Of a DNA stretch of 64,000 bases, positions 58,834 to 64,000 are shown piece after piece. The DNA comes from Syntrophales bacterium. GTDB taxonomy: Bacteria > Desulfobacterota > Syntrophia > Syntrophales > UBA6109. Every line of letters begins with the position of its first letter. The stretch's first letter is position 1. The stretch covers positions 3,552 through 67,551 of the forward strand of contig DAOSIS010000020.1 of the NCBI GenBank assembly GCA_035366835.1, given 5' to 3'. The notes below the pieces were generated by a model. It was not told where the DNA came from. It searched no databases and worked only from the letters and a program-made list of their open reading frames with translations. The position numbers were made by a program, and so were the translations under genes.

Positions 58834-59620
58834 TCCGCGCCGGGAATTCGCCAGGCTCGTGAAAGAAATCCTCTCCCGGGGCGAAAGGTCACCCGGGGCG
58901 CTCGTGGCCGCGGCGGCGCGCGCGCTTCTGGGAAGGCCCTATCGCGCGGCGCCTCTGGAGAGGGGAGGGGCGGAGCGCCTCGTGGTGGACTTCACATCCT
59001 TCGATTGCGTCACGCTTGTGGAAACCGCCGTTGCGCTGGCCCTGACGGCCTCCTCGCCCCGTCCGGACTTCGACCGCTTCGCGGCCCGCCTGCGGAAGAT
59101 CCGGTACCGGAAGGGCCGCCTCGCGGGCTACGCCTCGCGGCTTCACTACTTTTCGGACTGGCTCGCCGATAACGAGGCGAAGATGATCCTTCACGACCGG
59201 ACGCGCGGCCTGGGCGGCGTCGCCTGCCGCAGGAAGATCGATCGCATGAGCGCCCACCGGGAACGCTATCCGGCCCTGAAGGATCCGGCGGCCTTTCGCA
59301 GCATCCGCGCCGTCGAGAGGCGTTTGTCGGCGAGGTCGTGGTACTGCCTGGAAAAGAGACAGCTCAGGAGGGCGGAAAAGGCCATCCGGGAAGGTGACAT
59401 CGTCGCGATCGCAAGCGGTGAAGAAGGCCTCGATGTCTGCCACGTCGGAATCGCCGTGCGACACCGGGGCAGGGTCCGCCTGCTGCACGCCTCTTCTGCG
59501 GCAGGATGCGTGATCGCTTCCGATGAAACGCTGTATTCCTACCTGCAGGCGAAGAAGCACCGCGCGGGTGTCCTGGTCGCCGGAGTGGTCGGAGAGAAGG
59601 CTCGGCATTCCCTGCGGTGA
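58817..59620 (+). CDS. DUF1460 family protein (putative NlpC/P60-like cell-wall hydrolase fold)
   Basis: GRPYRAAPLE, FTSFDCVTLVETAVALAL, RLHYFSDWL and CHVGIAV are DUF1460 motifs. Confidence 0.78.
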   Translation: MQQKGSPRREFARLVKEILSRGERSPGALVAAAARALLGRPYRAAPLERGGAERLVVDFTSFDCVTLVETAVALALTASSPRPDFDRFAARLRKIRYRKGRLAGYASRLHYFSDWLADNEAKMILHDRTRGLGGVACRRKIDRMSAHRERYPALKDPAAFRSIRAVERRLSARSWYCLEKRQLRRAEKAIREGDIVAIASGEEGLDVCHVGIAVRHRGRVRLLHASSAAGCVIASDETLYSYLQAKKHRAGVLVAGVVGEKARHSLR

Positions 59621-59659
59621 CGAGGACGGTTTCGCGATCGTCCGTTCGGGGAATTCTTC

Positions 59660-60637
59660 TCAGAAACTGTAGGACAATCCCCCCAGATACACATCCGTGT
59701 CGCGGTGGTAATCGGTGACGATGCGGCTCCAGATCGCGCGCAGCGCAACGCGCGGCGAGAGTCGCCAGGCGGCCATGGCGCTGATGTTGCCGGCGAGCGC
59801 CGTCATCCGGCTTCCGTCCTCGTTGCCGTATTCGTCGCGGGCGACATAGGGACCGAAGCCCATCCCGAGTTCGAGGCGGTCCGAGAAGAACGGCTGCAGG
59901 ACCCACAATTGGGAAGTGATGCCGTAACGGCCGAGGGGGCGATGATCGCCTTCGCCGAGGAACGTGACCGTCCAATCCACGTGACGGCCGAAATGCCGCC
60001 GGTATTCGATGGCTCCGGCGACATCGGTCTCGGACTTTGCGCTGTTGAGGGTTGCGTAGCCGAAATAAAGGGCGATCTCGTCGGCGGGCCTCTCGAAATC
60101 CCGGGCCGGGTGCGGGCGCGACTCCGCCGCTGTCGGCGCATCGAGGAGATAACCGATGCCCGCCGTGGCCGCGAGCGTGTCGAAACTGTCCCGGACGGTG
60201 ATGTAATTGAGGCGCACTTGAAAGAGAAGGGGACTCAGCCCGTACCAGGTGGCCGTTGCGCTGGTGACCACGCCCAGTCCATGGGCATCCTCGTAGCGAT
60301 CCGTGAGGGGGACGACCCTGGTGTCAAAATAAACCAGGGGACCGATGCCCAGGGCGAGGGAAAACTGCGAAGCGGGGATCTTCGTCTTCCCCCAGATCTG
60401 CGCGGCGAGGCTGTCGCGGTAATGGTACGGTTGGTGCCCCTCGTTGAGGTAGGTCAGGCTGAGGGCCGCGGATTCGTCGAGGTGGTGTACGTAGGAGATG
60501 GACCACTGGCCCGAGAGATTGTGCGTCTCCGTGTCCATCGCCGCGCCACCGTGGACGAACAATTCCTCCGCAGCCACCGGGGACGCGAGAAGGACCATGA
60601 TCAGCATCGCCGAGAGCGTCTTTTTCACACCATTCAC
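59660..60637 (-). CDS. Putative outer-membrane beta-barrel protein
   Basis: The signal peptide is KKTLSAMLIMVLLASPVAAE. The sequence has alternating aromatic/hydrophilic strands and ends in ..YLGGLSYSF with a terminal Phe. The start is GTG. Confidence 0.65.
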   Translation of the reverse strand: MNGVKKTLSAMLIMVLLASPVAAEELFVHGGAAMDTETHNLSGQWSISYVHHLDESAALSLTYLNEGHQPYHYRDSLAAQIWGKTKIPASQFSLALGIGPLVYFDTRVVPLTDRYEDAHGLGVVTSATATWYGLSPLLFQVRLNYITVRDSFDTLAATAGIGYLLDAPTAAESRPHPARDFERPADEIALYFGYATLNSAKSETDVAGAIEYRRHFGRHVDWTVTFLGEGDHRPLGRYGITSQLWVLQPFFSDRLELGMGFGPYVARDEYGNEDGSRMTALAGNISAMAAWRLSPRVALRAIWSRIVTDYHRDTDVYLGGLSYSF

Positions 60638-60782
60638 CCGCTTCGTTCGTTTCCCGATGCGGCTTCGCGTGCCGCAGAGGCCGCCGACTCATGAAGAATA
60701 CCCTATCCCGAGGATAGGGGCAATCAGTCATTGGCGGGTTTCGGGCTTCGAAAATCCGCAGCAGGTTCCGGACGAGGTACTT

Positions 60783-61358
60783 CTATTCCGGGAGAGGCTT
60801 CTCGAAGTGGTGATGATCGCGGTAGGCGTCGAAGTGCCCGCCCCACTGCCATCCGCGCCGGAGAAATTCCGACAGCACGGGACCGCCTTCGGCGATGACG
60901 CCGGGTTCGCCGGAATGATAAGCCGCGCCTTCGGGAACCGTCCGGCCGTCGGGATGGACGAGGGGATTGAGGAAGGGGTTGATGTCCACGGCAAGCCCCA
61001 GTGCATGGTGGGACAGGCGCGACGTTCCGGCGACGCAGCGGTAATGGAAGGCCGTGGAGTTGTTGTCCTTCATGGACGCGTCGTCAGACCACCCGTAGAG
61101 GACGATCGGCCGCGCCTTGGCGACCGGGAATCGCAGGTCCATGAGGACGCGGAAGATTTCGCTGACTTCATCGGCGATCCGGCGGTGAATCAGGAGCTGT
61201 CCCTGGCGGGCGAGGCCGTCGAAACCGAGATAACGGACATCGATCAACCGGAGCGAAGCGAGGACGTCGGCGGGGGCGGGAGAACCCGCAACGGCCTGTG
61301 CGAAGGACAGGCCGCTGTCGATGACGGCACGGGGCCCGCTGTCGGCCCGCGCGCTCAA
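60783..61358 (-). CDS. M15-family zinc D-Ala-D-Ala peptidase (VanX/VanY-like)
   Basis: SHHALGLAVDINP carries the H..D metal ligands, and WGGHFDAYRDHHHFE is also present. The TTG start overlaps the upstream stop (TTGA). Confidence 0.85.
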   Translation of the reverse strand: MSARADSGPRAVIDSGLSFAQAVAGSPAPADVLASLRLIDVRYLGFDGLARQGQLLIHRRIADEVSEIFRVLMDLRFPVAKARPIVLYGWSDDASMKDNNSTAFHYRCVAGTSRLSHHALGLAVDINPFLNPLVHPDGRTVPEGAAYHSGEPGVIAEGGPVLSEFLRRGWQWGGHFDAYRDHHHFEKPLPE

Positions 61359-62896
61359 CGTCCTTCTCCGTCCGGCAGAAGACGTTTCGCAATCCCGAGG
61401 GTCCGGCGGGGCGGCAGGGCGACCTCGCGCAGAATCTGCAGCAGGCGGGGCTTGTCGATCCGAAAAAAATCGTTTTCCCTGGGTACGACGACGAGGCCGC
61501 TCATTTCGAATGCGCCGGGGGTGACGAGCAGGCGTTCTCCCTCCTCGCGGTGGAAGATGTCCGGACGGTGTTTCCGGCGGGGAAAGACCACCAGGCGCCA
61601 GAACTTCCCGTCGTGGCGGCCGAGGGCATTGAACATCGGTTCTTCGCCTTCCGCCCCGGCGGGGGGCAGGGCCTCCCGCAGTCTGTCGAGGACCTTCAGG
61701 AGCGACGGCAAATCGCCGCTCGTGAGGACAACGGCGCCGTAGCCGAAATTCCGGAAGATCGATACGGACACCCCTTCCGCGCGTCCGACGAACGGCCCGG
61801 CGCCTGCAGCGGCGGAAAGGGGAAGAATGCCCGACGGAATGACCTGGAAGTGGAGATGATCAGGGGCGGAGGCGCCGCAACGGGGGCCGTTGTACAGAAC
61901 GTCCCATCTCCGCCCGAGGTCGCGGCACAGGAGCAGATAGTCCTTGGCCGATGCGAAAAACGCCTGGGGACGGTGCCGGCGGGAGGCGACGGTAAAGTGG
62001 TGCATGACAATCGGAGCGGGATTGCAGAGGATCAGAAAATCTTCCCGATAGAGGATCGTCTTCTGGCTCCGGGGCAGATGACGGCGGCAGAGGAAACAGG
62101 GGCGGTGCGCGACGGCCTTGCCGACGGCTGCGGTGGAACTGGCGATGCGGCCGGGATTGCGCTGGACGGTGAGCGAAAGGCCCCGTTCCCGGAAGGACTT
62201 CGTCACGACGAGGCCCAGCATCCGGACCGCTTCGCGGAGCCGCCGCCAATGAGCGGTCTGGTCGGAGAAGAGGCCTAGGCACAGATCGCTCAGGGGCGTT
62301 TCGGAGAAACCGTCATAGACGGCGAAGGCCCGGGCCGGCAGGCCCTTGCAGCAGATCAGGCAGGGCACGGTGGTCACCCCCATCGTAAAGGTCTCTTCCT
62401 CGCGGGGAGAGAATCCTCGCCGCAGGTACCATTCGTAGGCGTTTCGGTTGGGTCTCATCACGCCGAGCCAGATCTCCCGGAAGCCCGACCTGCGCGCGTG
62501 TTCGTCGGCAAGGGCCATCAGGGTGCGGCCGACACCGCGCCCCTTCCGGTCGGGAGACACGTAGATGGAACGCAGATACATGCGGGCGGGTCGGGGTCTG
62601 AAATCCGCGGCGGGCAAGGGCGCCGGGCCGACTCCAAGCCTCAGAAATCCGATGATCCGCCCGTCTTCCTCGGCGACCACGCAGCGGTTGTGGTTGCCGG
62701 CGATGATTTCGCGCAGCCTTGCGGGGGGATAGTGCTCGTCGAGCCCCTTCCGGATGTCTTCGGGCGGTATGAAGACACCGTAGGTGTCGGTCCAGGACCG
62801 CCTGAGAAGACGGCGGATGGGACCGGCATCCGCCGGAGCCGCCTCGCGTATGCGGACGCTGTTCGGCGGTCGTCTGGGGGACGTTTTCCCGGTCAT
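61355..62896 (-). CDS. GNAT acetyltransferase fused to a DUF4922-like (GalT/HIT-superfamily HxHxQ) domain
   Basis: The N-terminal GNAT motif is IGFLRL...YVSPDRKGRGVGRTLMAL. The C-terminal half contains CFLC, NPAPIVMHHFTV and GPRCGASAPDHLHFQVIP. Confidence 0.8.
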   Translation of the reverse strand: MTGKTSPRRPPNSVRIREAAPADAGPIRRLLRRSWTDTYGVFIPPEDIRKGLDEHYPPARLREIIAGNHNRCVVAEEDGRIIGFLRLGVGPAPLPAADFRPRPARMYLRSIYVSPDRKGRGVGRTLMALADEHARRSGFREIWLGVMRPNRNAYEWYLRRGFSPREEETFTMGVTTVPCLICCKGLPARAFAVYDGFSETPLSDLCLGLFSDQTAHWRRLREAVRMLGLVVTKSFRERGLSLTVQRNPGRIASSTAAVGKAVAHRPCFLCRRHLPRSQKTILYREDFLILCNPAPIVMHHFTVASRRHRPQAFFASAKDYLLLCRDLGRRWDVLYNGPRCGASAPDHLHFQVIPSGILPLSAAAGAGPFVGRAEGVSVSIFRNFGYGAVVLTSGDLPSLLKVLDRLREALPPAGAEGEEPMFNALGRHDGKFWRLVVFPRRKHRPDIFHREEGERLLVTPGAFEMSGLVVVPRENDFFRIDKPRLLQILREVALPPRRTLGIAKRLLPDGEGR

Positions 62897-62903
62897 GGCG
62901 GCG

Positions 62904-64000
62904 TCATCCGGCGGTGGAAGGGGGAGGAGGCAGCCTCCGGCCTTTCATCTGCCTGCGGGCCTGGATCTCCACGGTGCGCAGGAAGTCCTTGTAGGCGTTG
63001 TTCTCGTTCCGCTTCTCGTCGGGCAGCTGGTGATCCGTGTTGCCGCTCCAGCGGCGGCAGAGATAGAGGTTCTCGAAGATCCTGCCGACGCGGTACTCGC
63101 GGGAAAGCCTCATACCGACGGCGTAATCCTCGCCGTAACCGACGTTCGGAAAAGGCAGCTCCCGCAGGAGGGCGGTCTGGTAAGCGCGGGGCGCTCCGAG
63201 TCCGTTCACGCGCAGGAGGTTGTTGTGGCCGTTGGTCTTCGTCCATTCCCGGTGTCGGACCAGGCCGGGCGGGAGTTCCTTGAGCGTGAAATCCACGACC
63301 GTGTAGGAACCCACGACCATTCCGCAGTCCTCCTCCGCGAAGGCACGGACGATCTTCTGCAGGACCTCTTCCGAGGCGTACAGATCGTCGGAGTCCAGCT
63401 GAACGGCATAACGCCCGCAAAGGGGCGAACGGACGGCCTCGTTCCAGCAGCCGCCGATCTGCAGGTTCGTTCCGGAAGGCTTCAAACAATGGAGACGGTC
63501 GCTCCCTGCGGCCAGACCGGCGAGCACCTCGCTCGTTCCGTCGGTGGAAAAGTTGTCCACGACCAGAACGTTGAAGGGGAAATCCGTCCGCTGGGATAGG
63601 GCGCTGGCGACGGCATCGGCGATGGTTGTTTTCCTGTTTCGCACGGGAATGACGACGCTTGCCGTGACGGGGAAGGCCGTTCCGGATTCCGGGACCGGCC
63701 TGAACTTCGGCGGCAGCCACGCCCCGATAGTCTTCAGATGGGCCGCGGCGATGTGCTCTCGCTCGCGCTGAAAGCTGGCAGATGCGGGATCGACGTATCC
63801 GAAGTGGGTCTCGGAGAGCTGGGGGGCTGCGGGGCCGTCTTCCCGGAAAGACGCGGTGAAGAGAATCTCGGGAATCCGGACGACGGGGAAATCGGCGGCG
63901 ATCTTCAGGCGGAGGTCATAAAGGGCGGCCGTCTTCCAATCCCGCACGGGGCCGTACCTGTCCACGGAACTCTGCGCGGCATGCGTGGAGACGAAGAGGA
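62904..64000 (-). CDS. Family 2 glycosyltransferase (5' end probably outside the window)
   Basis: ASVVIPVRNRKTTIADAV...VVDNFSTDGT...QLDSDDLY are GT2 motifs. The reading frame stays open from 63965 to the window edge. The upstream part (..LYDLRLKIAADFPVVRIPEILF) looks like the tail of another GT-like domain. Confidence 0.85.
   Translation of the reverse strand, partial: LFVSTHAAQSSVDRYGPVRDWKTAALYDLRLKIAADFPVVRIPEILFTASFREDGPAAPQLSETHFGYVDPASASFQREREHIAAAHLKTIGAWLPPKFRPVPESGTAFPVTASVVIPVRNRKTTIADAVASALSQRTDFPFNVLVVDNFSTDGTSEVLAGLAAGSDRLHCLKPSGTNLQIGGCWNEAVRSPLCGRYAVQLDSDDLYASEEVLQKIVRAFAEEDCGMVVGSYTVVDFTLKELPPGLVRHREWTKTNGHNNLLRVNGLGAPRAYQTALLRELPFPNVGYGEDYAVGMRLSREYRVGRIFENLYLCRRWSGNTDHQLPDEKRNENNAYKDFLRTVEIQARRQMKGRRLPPPPSTAG

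Overview
This is a 64-kb window from a high-G+C bacterial chromosome. The gene content suggests an anaerobic, deltaproteobacterium-like organism, but that is inference only and I cannot verify it.

Layout:
- 1-21.3 kb: a densely packed plus-strand housekeeping block. It runs rpsB-tsf-pyrH-frr, uppS-cdsA-dxr-rseP-tsaB, psd-pssA, asd-rsmD-coaD, an aminotransferase, a PurF-like gene, ispG-proS, rel, an amidase and rph-rdgB. Many gene pairs share 4-nt ATGA or TTGA start/stop overlaps.
- 21.3-49.0 kb: a 27.6-kb segment bracketed by tRNA-Pro(TGG) at 21275-21351 (+) and tRNA-Met(CAT) at 48949-49025 (-). The 3' ends of the two tRNAs face each other. This segment looks mosaic.
- 49-64 kb: mixed housekeeping genes (purB, nadB, tsaD, rsmA) and envelope genes (FG-GAP protein, DUF218, DUF1460, an outer-membrane barrel, an M15 peptidase, GNAT-DUF4922 and a GT2).

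Contents of the 27.6-kb segment:
- A frameshifted tyrosine-integrase C-terminal remnant directly beside tRNA-Pro.
- A stretch of visibly lower G+C holding a 4xPAS histidine kinase, a tandem-REC protein, bfr-sodB-wrbA and a membrane PAS-LuxR regulator.
- A 288-bp strongly AT-rich spacer with phased short repeats.
- An uncharacterised two-gene module: a DUF47-like protein plus a roughly 1000-aa membrane protein.
- A long high-G+C minus-strand block with a CoA/acetyl-CoA theme. It comprises a CoA-transferase-GNAT fusion, an ADP-forming acyl-CoA synthetase, an orphan Pta N-terminal/DRTGG module, PMM, FBA, an HD protein, then a HAD hydrolase, an aminotransferase, a Nudix CoA pyrophosphatase and an alpha/beta hydrolase.
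- A second lower-G+C module (a GGDEF protein and a Nox/CoADR-like oxidoreductase) abutting tRNA-Met.

Repeats: two copies of a roughly 100-nt structured repeat lie 20 kb apart, and one roughly 146-bp MITE-like element with terminal inverted repeats sits at 54.6 kb.

Not seen: CRISPR arrays, rRNA, intact mobile elements, or any recognisable defence system.

The best candidate for something undescribed is the PAS-LuxR / AT-rich spacer / DUF47-like / giant membrane protein locus at 27.9-33.8 kb. All family assignments come from reading motifs by eye, with no searches run.
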